Origin: Thermoproteota archaeon
GTDB taxonomy: Archaea > Korarchaeota > Korarchaeia > Korarchaeales > Korarchaeaceae
Length of the DNA stretch: 64,000 nucleotides
Reading direction: 5' to 3'
Assembly: GCA_026986575.1 (NCBI GenBank)
Contig: JALSOH010000004.1
Coordinates: forward strand, 32,001-96,000
In this document: piece after piece, positions 18,836-28,729 of the stretch
Layout: each line of letters begins with the position of its first letter
Numbering within the stretch: the first letter of the stretch is position 1
Position numbers and translations under genes: made by a program
Notes under the pieces: model-generated
Seen by the model: only the letters and a program-made list of their open reading frames with translations
Databases searched by the model: none
What the model was told of the DNA's origin: nothing

Positions 18836-20623
18836 TCACTCCACAGTCACACTTTTAGCTAGGTTTCTGGGTTTGTCCGGATCTCTTCCAAGGATTACTG
18901 CTGTGTGGTATGCTATTAGCTGTAGTGGAACCGTGTAGATCAGTGGGGAGATGAGTTCATCCCAGGCATCCGTTTCCAAGCTCGCATCAGCCGGGATCTC
19001 CATACCTCTGGGCTGTATAGTTATGGTGAATGCTCCCCTAGATCTCACCTCCATGATATTGTATATCGTCTTCTTTCGGAGCTCCTCATTCACCGGAACC
19101 AGCATAATGGCAGGTGTGCCCTCCTCTATTAGGGCGAGCGGTCCGTGCTTGTACTCGCCAGCAGGATAGCCCTCAGCGTGTATGTAACTTATCTCCTTGA
19201 GCTTGAGCGCTCCCTCCAATGCTGTTGGGTAGTTTATTCCCCTCCCCAAGAAGAACACATGCTCCTTGTCCTTGAGGAGATCACTCATCTTCTTGGAGAA
19301 CTCATCCAGAGAATCCATAGAACCCCTCAGTAGCTCCGATACCTCGGTAAGTTCCCTAGAAATTCCGCTTCTGCCGCTAATGAGGGAAGAGACGACGTAA
19401 AGGACAGCTACCTGGGCGGAGAAGGTCTTAGTTGCCGCGACCCCAATCTCTGGGCCCGCTTGTATGAAGATGGACTCGTCGGAAATCCTAGTGAGCGTGC
19501 TTCCCGGGACATTCACTATGGAAACCACCTTGGAGCCCTTCGACTTCGCTATTCTAACGGCCTCTAGCACGTCTGCGGTTTCACCCGATTGGCTGATGGC
19601 TAGAACGATGTCTCCCTGCCTCAGGTGGGAGGACCATTCCGGGAACTCTGAGGCCACTATGATCTCGGACCTGACGCCAGCTAGCTTAGATAAGAGGTAC
19701 TTTCCGATCAGACCAGCATGATAGGAGGTCCCAGCAGCGACTATCGTGAGAGAGCCATCCCTAAGCAGGGAGTTCAGCCTCTCGGAGAACCTCGTATAGT
19801 AATCAATGCTCTCCGCAATCTTCCTGAGGATGTGAGGCTGCTCATGTATCTCCTTAAGCATGAAGTGATCGAACGCTCCCTTGTCCAGCAACTGAGGCGT
19901 CCATTCCACCTCTTCGGTCTCCTTATGGACCTTCTCCAGACTATCTCCATTCAACCTCCAGATCTCTACCTCAGAGGGGGTGAGTAGGGCTATCTCCCCG
20001 TCATCCATAAAGATGAACCTATTCGTCAGGTGGAGCAGTGCGGCCACATCCGATGCGCAGTAATTCCCATCCTCCCCTAGGCCTATAACCAATGGACTCT
20101 TGTTCCTAGCTAGAAAGAGGGCTCTCTCGCCCGATATGATGGATACTATGGCGTAGCTTCCCTTCAACTTTTTAATGGCCTTCACGAATGCTGAGAGGGG
20201 TTTGTCGCCCGACTTGAGGTTCCCCTCCACCAAGTGGGCCACGACCTCTGTATCTGTCTCGGAATGGAGCACATGCCCCTTGGCTATCAGCTCCCTCCTC
20301 ATACCCTCAAAATCGTCGAGAGTCCCGTTGTGAACAACGGCCACCTCCCCATTACAGGAGAGGTGAGGGTGGGCGTTCTCGGGGCTCACTCCGCCGTGGG
20401 TGGCCCATCTAGTATGACCTATCCCTACGTATCCGTCTCTTATCTTCGCGTCTCCTACTACCGCTTCTATCGTGCCCACACCCTTAACTACCTCTATGTC
20501 CCCATCGGACATCACTGCTATCCCGGCTGAGTCATATCCTCTGTATTCCAGCTTTTTTAGGGATCTTATTAAGTCTCTGGCCACTCCCAAGCGTCTCCTT
20601 ACTATGCCCACTATTCCGCACAC
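18836..20623 (-). CDS. glmS: Glutamine--fructose-6-phosphate aminotransferase
   Basis: MCGIVG, EYRGYDSAG, GHTRWATHG, SQSGETAD, KPRNLAKSVTVE. Confidence 0.97.
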   Translation of the reverse strand: MCGIVGIVRRRLGVARDLIRSLKKLEYRGYDSAGIAVMSDGDIEVVKGVGTIEAVVGDAKIRDGYVGIGHTRWATHGGVSPENAHPHLSCNGEVAVVHNGTLDDFEGMRRELIAKGHVLHSETDTEVVAHLVEGNLKSGDKPLSAFVKAIKKLKGSYAIVSIISGERALFLARNKSPLVIGLGEDGNYCASDVAALLHLTNRFIFMDDGEIALLTPSEVEIWRLNGDSLEKVHKETEEVEWTPQLLDKGAFDHFMLKEIHEQPHILRKIAESIDYYTRFSERLNSLLRDGSLTIVAAGTSYHAGLIGKYLLSKLAGVRSEIIVASEFPEWSSHLRQGDIVLAISQSGETADVLEAVRIAKSKGSKVVSIVNVPGSTLTRISDESIFIQAGPEIGVAATKTFSAQVAVLYVVSSLISGRSGISRELTEVSELLRGSMDSLDEFSKKMSDLLKDKEHVFFLGRGINYPTALEGALKLKEISYIHAEGYPAGEYKHGPLALIEEGTPAIMLVPVNEELRKKTIYNIMEVRSRGAFTITIQPRGMEIPADASLETDAWDELISPLIYTVPLQLIAYHTAVILGRDPDKPRNLAKSVTVE

Positions 20624-20635
20624 TTCAGAAGCACC

Positions 20636-21964
20636 TCATTCCTTCATCAGCTGTGACTTCCACTTCCTCAAGATAATGGTTGCACCTGAAATCATCGCAA
20701 CGAATATCAACGATACGGTCACGCCCGACAGGAGCCTTGCCTCCTCAGCAGCCTCCTCCCTAATGACCCTTATTCTCTCCCTCAAGGCGGATATCTCCCG
20801 CGACACGTTCGAGTATAAGTCCGGCGCGCTAGTCAGGTTCAGTCCGTCCGCACGGGAAGTTAAGTTGGCGAGAAGGCCTTTCATGGCTTTGTACTCCGTC
20901 TGATTTATGTTCCTCACCTCCTCTATCTCTTCCATGGCTCTGCCAATCATCTCGATTATCTTGTCCTTGTACGTCAGAAGAAGTTCCTCCTCCAGGCGCT
21001 CTATTGTGACAGATGACTGGTTGAGGAGCATCTTGACCCTGAGGATGTCCGCATAGGATATGTTCTCTCGATCTAGGAGGACCTCCGCCTCTCTGATTTT
21101 GGAGTCGATGATGGAGATGTTTATCAGCACATCCTCTGGTATGGGAAGTCCGGCCTCCACGGACCTCTCGTAAGCGCTCTGAAGTAGTCTCCTTTTGTCC
21201 TTTACCTCCTTCAGCGTTGCCCTTAGCTCCTCCTTGTTGTATCCCGAGATCACTCTCACGGTCCTCTTGACATTGACCTCGAAGCTCCTGTCGGTGCAGC
21301 CTATTCCGTAGCATAGGCTCACTATGAGGGTGTGATTCCCCTCACCCTCTACCGGTAGAGATAGACCTACCTCACCGGACGTGCCGTTGAGCTCTCTCTC
21401 CATGGTGAGCCTGCCATCTAAGTACACGGAAATCGTCGGACGGTAGTCCCGAGGGATTCCCTCCACTTCGTAGCTCACTTGGATTGAGAGTGGTTGACCC
21501 ACGGTAATCTCTCTGGATTGCGGGATGACCACTAGGGTAGCGTTTATGCGTGGTTTAATCACCATAACGGACGAAGCGTTGCCCTCCACCAGCTTGAGGC
21601 CTACTTCTCCCTTCTTGAAGAACCTGACCACGGGCCTCACGAAGTTAGGGCCCTCCAAGGAGTTCCTATCCACATCAACTATTATGGGAACTATTACTGT
21701 GGTGTTCGGCCTGAGCTCCCTCAAACCCAAGTTCCTCGTGAAAGCTCCCCAAGGGGTGATCAGCTTCACATAATCGATGAGGATCATTCCATCCATGTTC
21801 ATCACCGATACATTCACGGTGCAGGGGTATCCTGCTACGCAGGGATCCCTAGGTTCAACTGTGACGCTCAAATCGGCCTCCTGAGATTGAGCTAGTATTG
21901 TTGCCATGAAGCTCACAATTAGAAGCGTCGTCATGATGTAAAGGACGGCGGGGGCTGCTTTCAT
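20636..21964 (-). CDS. Secreted, C-terminally anchored surface protein (Ig-like beta domains plus helical stalk)
   Basis: N-terminal signal peptide, beta-rich region with Cys pairs, many NxS/T sequons, coiled coil, C-terminal TM helix followed by RKWK. Confidence 0.7.
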   Translation of the reverse strand: MKAAPAVLYIMTTLLIVSFMATILAQSQEADLSVTVEPRDPCVAGYPCTVNVSVMNMDGMILIDYVKLITPWGAFTRNLGLRELRPNTTVIVPIIVDVDRNSLEGPNFVRPVVRFFKKGEVGLKLVEGNASSVMVIKPRINATLVVIPQSREITVGQPLSIQVSYEVEGIPRDYRPTISVYLDGRLTMERELNGTSGEVGLSLPVEGEGNHTLIVSLCYGIGCTDRSFEVNVKRTVRVISGYNKEELRATLKEVKDKRRLLQSAYERSVEAGLPIPEDVLINISIIDSKIREAEVLLDRENISYADILRVKMLLNQSSVTIERLEEELLLTYKDKIIEMIGRAMEEIEEVRNINQTEYKAMKGLLANLTSRADGLNLTSAPDLYSNVSREISALRERIRVIREEAAEEARLLSGVTVSLIFVAMISGATIILRKWKSQLMKE

Positions 21965-22019
21965 CAGCCCTTAGGGGGAGCTAAGCTTTATTAACCTAGT
22001 CGCATCAGGGTCATATCGA

Positions 22020-24053
22020 ATGGACGATTTGGTGATAGCTGGAATAGACATAAGATCCGGTTCACCTAGATCAAAGAAGAGGCCTACTTACTCAGTGTCC
22101 ATAGTAAGGGGGGAGAATGTCCTCTTTGAGTCCGAGGAGGTTACCCTAGATGAGGTCTTCTCCCTGATGAGGAGATATGGTGTCAAGATACTCGCTACGG
22201 ACAACGTTTACGAGCTTGCGGAGGACATGAAGGGGCTCAGGCTCGTCATGGAGAAGATGTCCCCGGGTAGCAAGCTCATCCAGGTCACCGGATCTCCTCA
22301 CGGGATAAGATCCCTCTCATCGATAGCAAAGGAGGCTGGTCTTCCGTCTCCCTCCCACAGGGATCCGCTCGGTACCGCTAGGATAGTTGCCAGGTTGGCG
22401 CAGAGAGGGGTGGGAATAGAGGTCATCGCAATGTATCCAGAGACTAGGGTACTCATAACGAAGAACAGGAGTATAAGGCAGGGAGGTTCGGGAAGCGACA
22501 GATGGAGGAGGTCTATAGAGGCCAGCATACTAAGTGAGGCCAATAAGATAGCCACGGAGCTCGATGCCGCAAATCTCGATTACGACCTGTATGTGGAGAG
22601 AGCTTCTGGGGGTCTGAGGAGGGCGGAGTTCATAATCTACGCAGGAATAGAAGATGTCCGGAGGATAGTGAAGGAGAGCAGTGAGTGGACGCCTTTGAGG
22701 GTGGTGGTGCGCCAGTCTTGGAGAAGTAAAATAAAGTTCCCCTCTAGTCGTCTCTCTCCTCTACCCAGATCTAGACCCATAATAGTCGGCATAGATCCGG
22801 GCATGTCCGTTGGTCTCGCTGTTATCGACCTGAACGGCAACTTATTGGCCTTAAGGACTATGAGAAGAGCGTCGAGATCCGAAATAGTTGAGGAGATACT
22901 TAATTATGGCTATCCGGTTATAATAGCGACAGATGTGAATCCTCCTCCCAAGAGCGTCGTGAGGATAGCTAGTATGTTCGACTCCAAGTTGATGGTGGCG
23001 AAGTACGACATGAAGGCCGACGAGAAAAAGAGGATAGTGGCCGACTACGAGGAACTCAAGGGTATTAGGGTAGAGAGCTCCCATGAGAGGGACTCTCTGG
23101 CTGCCGCTCTCAAGGTCTACTACAGAGTGAAGAATCTAGCCTCTAAGGCGAGGTTAAGGGCCAAGGAGGAGGGACTATCCAGCGAGATCGATCGCATCCT
23201 GACTAAGGTGCTCAAGGGAACTCCTATATCGGTGGCTATAGATGAAATATTAGCTGAAAGGGAAGAGGAGAGAGAAGTAAGGGAGCTTACCTACGCCGAG
23301 CTGAAGAAGGAGCTCAGGAGGCTCAATAAATACGTGAGGAGCCTTAACGAGAGGATTGGAGAGTTGAAAAGGGAGCTCGAGAAGAAGGACGCGTTGTTGA
23401 TGGAGAAGGAGAGGGAGATAAACGAATTGAGGAGGAAGATAGAGGATCTTGAGGACAGGAGATCCAGGGAGTTGGAGATAGATAGGAGGATCTCCATTAG
23501 AGATGCGAGAATAAAGGAACTCGAGCAGGAACTGGAGAGGGAGAGATGGAGGAATGAGCTCCTCAAGTCCCAGATGAGGCAGCTCGTCAGCTCCCCTAAG
23601 GTGGTTAATGGTGTCAAATTGACCGTTTTACCATCCCTTTCCAAGGAGAGAATCGACGAGCTCGGGAATAAGGCCTCCGAAGGTGTACTGCTGGCTCTCG
23701 ACGCCACCGGAGCCAGTACCAGCATCCTAAGGAGGTTGAAGGAGATTGGTATCAAGGCCGTCCTCTACCGCGGTAGTCCTCCGCCAAAGGAGTTCATAGA
23801 GAGAGCGGGGTTCGAGGGCATCACAGTAGCACCACTGGATCAGTTCAAGATCTCTTGGAAGGGACTGGATCCGGTCCTTCCATCAGAAGAGGCACTCAGA
23901 TTACTGTCTACTGTGAGTACACAACAAGAATCAAAGGAAATCGATCGCAGGAGTGAGTTAGATGTTCTAAACATAATAAGGGACTACAGGATGGCTCTGC
24001 TCAGGGCGGTGAACGGCGGAGAGGAATCGACAGAGGAGGCTAACCTAGAGTAA
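22020..24053 (+). CDS. DUF460 family protein (two RNase H-like folds plus coiled coil)
   Basis: IAGIDI, ILATDNVYEL, IVGIDPG, PVIIATDV, HERDSLAAA motifs. Confidence 0.85.
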   Translation: MDDLVIAGIDIRSGSPRSKKRPTYSVSIVRGENVLFESEEVTLDEVFSLMRRYGVKILATDNVYELAEDMKGLRLVMEKMSPGSKLIQVTGSPHGIRSLSSIAKEAGLPSPSHRDPLGTARIVARLAQRGVGIEVIAMYPETRVLITKNRSIRQGGSGSDRWRRSIEASILSEANKIATELDAANLDYDLYVERASGGLRRAEFIIYAGIEDVRRIVKESSEWTPLRVVVRQSWRSKIKFPSSRLSPLPRSRPIIVGIDPGMSVGLAVIDLNGNLLALRTMRRASRSEIVEEILNYGYPVIIATDVNPPPKSVVRIASMFDSKLMVAKYDMKADEKKRIVADYEELKGIRVESSHERDSLAAALKVYYRVKNLASKARLRAKEEGLSSEIDRILTKVLKGTPISVAIDEILAEREEEREVRELTYAELKKELRRLNKYVRSLNERIGELKRELEKKDALLMEKEREINELRRKIEDLEDRRSRELEIDRRISIRDARIKELEQELERERWRNELLKSQMRQLVSSPKVVNGVKLTVLPSLSKERIDELGNKASEGVLLALDATGASTSILRRLKEIGIKAVLYRGSPPPKEFIERAGFEGITVAPLDQFKISWKGLDPVLPSEEALRLLSTVSTQQESKEIDRRSELDVLNIIRDYRMALLRAVNGGEESTEEANLE

Positions 24054-24095
24054 GGTATATTAATCGGGCGGATCATATCACACCGGTGGTAAAAT

Positions 24096-24263
24096 ATGCC
24101 GAGAGGTACGCACGGTGCATTGAATAAGGCTGGGAAGGTTAGGTCCCTCACCCCGAAGGTTGAGGCTAGGCCTAGGAGGAGTCCTGTCCCTAGGGTGAGG
24201 ATGAAGAGCATCTACCGCAAGAGGTTCATACTCGGAAGGAAGCCCGGACAGCACCCTATATAA
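24096..24263 (+). CDS. rps30e: 30S ribosomal protein S30e (55 aa, missing from ORF track)
   Basis: Manual translation MPRGTHGALNKAGKVRSLTPKVEARPRRSPVPRVRMKSIYRKRFILGRKPGQHPI matches the HGSLxKAGKVRxQTPK family motif. Confidence 0.93.
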   Translation: MPRGTHGALNKAGKVRSLTPKVEARPRRSPVPRVRMKSIYRKRFILGRKPGQHPI

Positions 24264-24307
24264 GAGAGATTTTTTAGGACCTCAGTCCTACTTCGAAGGG
24301 AGATAGC

Positions 24308-25447
24308 TTGCGAGCATTCTTGGCCCTCCAGCCCTATGGAATCCTACTGCTTGATCACAAGGGCAAGGTTCTGAAGTCTTGGGGATTTCCCAAGGATCCC
24401 GAGAAGATCGCTAGCATACTCACTAACGAGGGCTTGTTAGAAGAGCCCCTCAGGAAACTGCTCGCCGGTTTGAAAGCTGATGAGCTTTTAGTAGACGATC
24501 AGATACTGAAGGACCTATTGGATAGAGAGGGCATTAAATCGATACTCTCGCCAGCCGAGGAGGTCTTCCTCCAGCTGAGAAGGACGCCTCACCGCTACGC
24601 CTCCCAGATATGGGGAGGGGTGAAGCAGAGGGAGTACTTCAGGATGCTCAATGAAATAGGAATAGAGCTTACGAGGATCAGGATAAAGAAACAGCTGAGC
24701 TCTCTGGATCAGCAGGTCATAAAGGCCATAGACTACATCGATCACGCTAACAAGGCATTGAATGTACTAGCCCCGGCCATCAGAGAGTGGTACTCCATTC
24801 ACTTTCCAGAGCTGAATGATTTAGTGGAGGACCATCCGCTGTTCATGAGGGTTGTTTCCCTACAGCCTGACAGAAGAAAAATGACCTTGGAAATACTGAA
24901 GGAGGCTGGGTTAAGCGATGCCAAGGCTAGGCATGTTATGGAGGCCGCGAGCAATTCGATAGGGGCTGATTTCGATGAGAGAGACTTGGGAATATTGAGA
25001 AAAGTCGCTGAGAATTGGATGTCCCTTTATGAATCTAGAAAGATGGTAGAGGCCTTCATAGAGGACCTCATGAAACGCGCCGCCCCCAATCTCTCAGCGG
25101 TCGTTCATCCGCTTGTGGGGGCCAGACTCATAGCCGTAGCTGGGGGCCTAAGCAGGCTTGCAAGCTTACCAGCCAGTTCGATCCAGATATTGGGTGCCCA
25201 TAAGGCCATCTTCATGCACTTGGTGAAGGGAGCCAAGCCCCCGAAGCATGGCATACTCTTCCAAGCCAAGGAGGTGAGGACCGCACCTAAGAAGCTGAGG
25301 GGGAAGGTCGCAAGACTGCTGGCAACCAAGATAGCCATAGCCGCTAGAGTGGATGCCTTTGGGGATGGCAGGTATATAGGAGACGAGCTAAGGAATGAGA
25401 TAGACGAGAAGTTGAGGGAGATCTTGGGCGGGGGTGGTAGGAAATGA
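24308..25447 (+). CDS. nop5: Box C/D RNP protein Nop5 (Nop56/58)
   Basis: REWYSIHFPEL, APNLS, PASSIQILGA, PPKHGILFQ, KIAIAARVD. Confidence 0.96.
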   Translation: MRAFLALQPYGILLLDHKGKVLKSWGFPKDPEKIASILTNEGLLEEPLRKLLAGLKADELLVDDQILKDLLDREGIKSILSPAEEVFLQLRRTPHRYASQIWGGVKQREYFRMLNEIGIELTRIRIKKQLSSLDQQVIKAIDYIDHANKALNVLAPAIREWYSIHFPELNDLVEDHPLFMRVVSLQPDRRKMTLEILKEAGLSDAKARHVMEAASNSIGADFDERDLGILRKVAENWMSLYESRKMVEAFIEDLMKRAAPNLSAVVHPLVGARLIAVAGGLSRLASLPASSIQILGAHKAIFMHLVKGAKPPKHGILFQAKEVRTAPKKLRGKVARLLATKIAIAARVDAFGDGRYIGDELRNEIDEKLREILGGGGRK

Positions 25448-26127
25448 GGATTAAGGAGGACCAGAAGTTCCGCAACCTGTTTTGGATAGTGGATGGTAAG
25501 AAGCAGCTGGCCACCAAGAGCATAGCCCCGGGTCACAGGGTCTACGATGAGATTGTGAGGCAGATAAAGAGAGAGGAGTACAGGATATGGAATCCCTACA
25601 GGTCAAAGCTAGCGGCAGCTATATACAAGGGCTTGAAGAACTTTCCGTTCAGGAGGGGGACCAAGGTCCTGTACTTGGGCATCGCATCGGGAACGACTGC
25701 CTCTCATGTGAGCGACGTGATTGAGGATGATGGGATCATATTCGGTGTGGAGATAGCTCATAGGGTTCTCAGGGACCTTTTGGGAGTGGCTAAAGTGAGG
25801 AGGAACATCGTACCAATCATGGAAAGTGCTAGAAGGCCTCAAAGTTACTCTTGGATCGTCTCCGAGGTGGATGTGGTGTATGAGGATGTAGCGCAGCCAG
25901 ATCAGGCTAGCATACTCGTGAAGAACGCGGATATCTTCCTAAGGAAGGGTGGTGTGGCTATGATAGCCGTCAAAGCCAGCAGCATAGATGTGACCCTCCC
26001 GCCCAAGAAGGTCTATAGGCTGGTCGAGAAGGAGGTCACCTCCACTGGGAGATATAAGTTGCTGGAGACCGTTGATCTCTCTCCCTACGACCCCAAGCAT
26101 GCGATGATGGTCTTCAGGAAGCTGTGA
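25444..26127 (+). CDS. flpA: Fibrillarin 2'-O-methyltransferase
   Basis: EYRIWNPYRSKLAAAI, VLYLGIASGTTASHVSD, DVAQPDQ. Confidence 0.97.
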   Translation: MRIKEDQKFRNLFWIVDGKKQLATKSIAPGHRVYDEIVRQIKREEYRIWNPYRSKLAAAIYKGLKNFPFRRGTKVLYLGIASGTTASHVSDVIEDDGIIFGVEIAHRVLRDLLGVAKVRRNIVPIMESARRPQSYSWIVSEVDVVYEDVAQPDQASILVKNADIFLRKGGVAMIAVKASSIDVTLPPKKVYRLVEKEVTSTGRYKLLETVDLSPYDPKHAMMVFRKL

Positions 26128-27247
26128 TCTCCTTAACTATTTCCTCAATCTCAGCCCTGCCCGCTGTCGTCTTTACTCCAAGAGGTTCTAAGTGTGTCCT
26201 AGCAGCGAAGTATCCTCTTTCCCTCAAGGTGGCGATAACATCGCTCACCTTGGGCATTTTAACGTGTAAGCTCGAGCAGATGTCGTCGAGCATGTAGTAG
26301 AAGGGAGGACCTCCGGACTCCTCCCTCAGGGCGTTCAGGAGGCGTTCAACTTCCTCATTGATCGGTGTCACCCCATCCAAGAATTGAGTATCCGTGATCT
26401 CATCCAGCCACAGGGGACCTAACAGTTCCCCGCATTTAGCATCGGGCAGATCTACCCCCTTATGGATCACGTGCTCCCCATCGCAGGTCTCCACCCAGCC
26501 CAGAGATTCCCTGAGCTGGCGGCTGGAGGCCGAAGGCCCCCTATCGATGGAGAAGAACACCCTGACGTAATGCTCCCTCCCGTAGGAGAGCAGGGGTCTG
26601 GCGATTAGGTCGAGCCTAGCCGCTACTCTGACGGTGAAGGAGATCAAAGCGCGTATCCCGAACTCCTTGTGAAAGGGGAGCTTCCTCCCCCACACCCCGT
26701 AGTACCTGAACAGCTTGTCCGGGTAGATGCCGAACAGGGGCGGGGTGTCCGTGGCCGTGACTCCCAACAGGCCACCCCTCCTGACGGCCCTCAGGAAGGA
26801 ATCCATGTAGGGAGCTGGGGAACCGAAAGGGTCTAGATCCAAATAATGGGGTCTATTTCCCTCCCACGCGAGCTTCTCAGCTTCCAGCCTGGCGTCTGAG
26901 CAGGTCGCCCTGATCCTCACCCCGTTGAGCCTCGCATTCAGCTTTATCACATGGACTGCCAAGCAGTTGGAGTCGTTGGCCAGCACTTCATCGATGCCTC
27001 CCTCAACTGCCAGTCTGAGGGCCCTGACTCCCGACGCTGCCATGAGATCGGCGGCGCTCTTCATGTTCAAGGACCTGACGATTGAGATGGTGACGTCCCT
27101 GTTCAGTTTCATTCGCGGGTTGTAAAACACTGGCGCCTTCGTGTAGGACAGGCCCATCCTCTCCAAGTACTCCAAGTCAGTGGAGTAGAAGGTCACGCTT
27201 CCCTCCCTATATAGCTTGAGCGGTATGCTGAGCGAGGGTTCCATCAT
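26114..27247 (-). CDS. trm1: tRNA (guanine26-N2)-dimethyltransferase Trm1
   Basis: PVFYNPRMKLNRD, AASGVRALR, DLDPFGSP, VTATD, RTH motifs; start ATG 27247 or 27244. Confidence 0.93.
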   Translation of the reverse strand: MMEPSLSIPLKLYREGSVTFYSTDLEYLERMGLSYTKAPVFYNPRMKLNRDVTISIVRSLNMKSAADLMAASGVRALRLAVEGGIDEVLANDSNCLAVHVIKLNARLNGVRIRATCSDARLEAEKLAWEGNRPHYLDLDPFGSPAPYMDSFLRAVRRGGLLGVTATDTPPLFGIYPDKLFRYYGVWGRKLPFHKEFGIRALISFTVRVAARLDLIARPLLSYGREHYVRVFFSIDRGPSASSRQLRESLGWVETCDGEHVIHKGVDLPDAKCGELLGPLWLDEITDTQFLDGVTPINEEVERLLNALREESGGPPFYYMLDDICSSLHVKMPKVSDVIATLRERGYFAARTHLEPLGVKTTAGRAEIEEIVKEITAS

Positions 27248-27788
27248 GGGGAGGGAGGGCAAGTATATTATAAGGGGTAAACCGGGATCTGGAAAATCCA
27301 CAGCCGCTATGATGGTAAAGGAGCGTTTAGAGAACCTAGGAGTGAAGGTGGGAGGAATAAGGACCCCAGAGGTCAGGTCTGGAGGGAGGAGGATAGGATT
27401 TGAGGTGGAGGACCTACTGACTGGGGAGAGAGTCCTGTTCGCCTCTGTCAACTACAGGAATGGTCCTAGGATCTCCAAATACGGTGTCAGGATAGATCTC
27501 TTTGAGAAGGTGGCAATTCCTGCCTTGGAGAACTCGATGAGGGAATGCGACCTAGTCTTGGTTGATGAGATTGGCAAGATGGAACTGTTCTCTGATAGGT
27601 TCGTGGAGGTTGTGAGGGAGCTGTGGAGATCGGACAGGGCGGCTCTCGGCACAGCTCCCATCTCCAAAATCAAATTCGTTGAGGAGATATGCTCCCTATC
27701 GGAGGTCTTCTGGATAGAGAGGGGGATGGCTGAAAGAGTCGCGGAGAAGCTCGTAGAGAGGATCCTCAGGTATCTGGGTAGGTTATGA
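27246..27788 (+). CDS. Nucleoside-triphosphatase, THEP1 family
   Basis: GKPGSGKST, GGIRTPEVR, RIGF, DEIGKMEL. Confidence 0.92.
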   Translation: MGREGKYIIRGKPGSGKSTAAMMVKERLENLGVKVGGIRTPEVRSGGRRIGFEVEDLLTGERVLFASVNYRNGPRISKYGVRIDLFEKVAIPALENSMRECDLVLVDEIGKMELFSDRFVEVVRELWRSDRAALGTAPISKIKFVEEICSLSEVFWIERGMAERVAEKLVERILRYLGRL

Positions 27789-28044
27789 GCCTGCTCTCCT
27801 CCCTGCGCTCCACCAAGTACAGCCTCTTGCCCACGAACTCCTTAGCTTTGTCTAGAGGCACCACGACCTTCACCAGTGCGTATGGCTCGTGAACCGGCCC
27901 AATTACGTCACTGACCACCCCAACAAGGAGCAGATCCTCTGAGACGACCCTCTTGTCCTTAGGGTCTTCCTTGACCGGGGGCTTCATCTTCACCAAGAAG
28001 TTCCTAGACCTAGTCAGTTTCACAACCTCTCCCAGCACCCTCAC
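27766..28044 (-). CDS. gar1: H/ACA RNP protein Gar1
   Basis: VGVVSDVIGPVHEPYALVK motif; next to SRP19 and S8e as in many archaea. Confidence 0.85.
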   Translation of the reverse strand: MRVLGEVVKLTRSRNFLVKMKPPVKEDPKDKRVVSEDLLLVGVVSDVIGPVHEPYALVKVVVPLDKAKEFVGKRLYLVERREESRLITYPDT

Positions 28045-28322
28045 TTCCTAGACCTCCTGATCACCTCAGCCACCTTCTTAAGGAGCTCCTCCTTGCTTCC
28101 TTGGTAGACCACCTTCACCCTCCCCTCGAACCTGTACCACCTCGAGGGCCTGTGCTTCTCCTCCACCTCGTATTCTAGGGAGAGATATCTCAGGGCGCTC
28201 ACCACATCTTGGAGGGTCGGCTTCCTCACAGCCAAGGACCGAGGTACCCTCCTGCCCTCAGATCTGCTCAACCTAGAATCGAAATAGGAGGGGTATATTA
28301 TCTTGCGGCCCTTACGAGGCAA
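28041..28322 (-). CDS. srp19: Signal recognition particle protein SRP19
   Basis: IIYPSYFDSRLSRSEGRRVP, GRVKV, SKEELLKKVA. Confidence 0.95.
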   Translation of the reverse strand: MPRKGRKIIYPSYFDSRLSRSEGRRVPRSLAVRKPTLQDVVSALRYLSLEYEVEEKHRPSRWYRFEGRVKVVYQGSKEELLKKVAEVIRRSRK

Positions 28323-28716
28323 CCTCTTCCCTCAGTAGAACCCCGTTCAGGATCCCGTGCTGACCGGGTCTAGATGTTATCCTCACCAAGCCTAGCTCGG
28401 TCTTGACCAGCGCTCCTCTCGTTATTATCTTCCTCCTAGTCAGCACCTTGCTGGCCGGGTTCTCAACCACATCCAATATCTTCACCTTCTTCGTGGTGCC
28501 ATCGCCCAGTGCGACATTGACCTCGTGGTCCGACACCAGTCTGAGCTTCCTTCCACCGCCCATTATCCTGATCGGCTTGAGCTTCCTAGCTCCAACTACA
28601 GTGAAGGCTGGCGGTCTACCGGCCTCTCTCTTCCTTTTCCCTCTACTCTTCCTTACCTTACCACCGGTAGGCTTCCTACCTCCGGGCATTACTGGACCGT
28701 GGTAGTAGTACGGCAT
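28312..28716 (-). CDS. rps8e: 30S ribosomal protein S8e
   Basis: RKPTGG, KRKREAGR, IITRGA, TSRPGQHG. Confidence 0.96.
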   Translation of the reverse strand: MPYYYHGPVMPGGRKPTGGKVRKSRGKRKREAGRPPAFTVVGARKLKPIRIMGGGRKLRLVSDHEVNVALGDGTTKKVKILDVVENPASKVLTRRKIITRGALVKTELGLVRITSRPGQHGILNGVLLREEVAS

Positions 28717-28729
28717 GTTCCCACTTCAC

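Noticed and set aside
27248-27451. N-terminal extension of Trm1 in the ORF track
   Set aside because: Antisense to the NTPase; Trm1 homology starts only after 27247.
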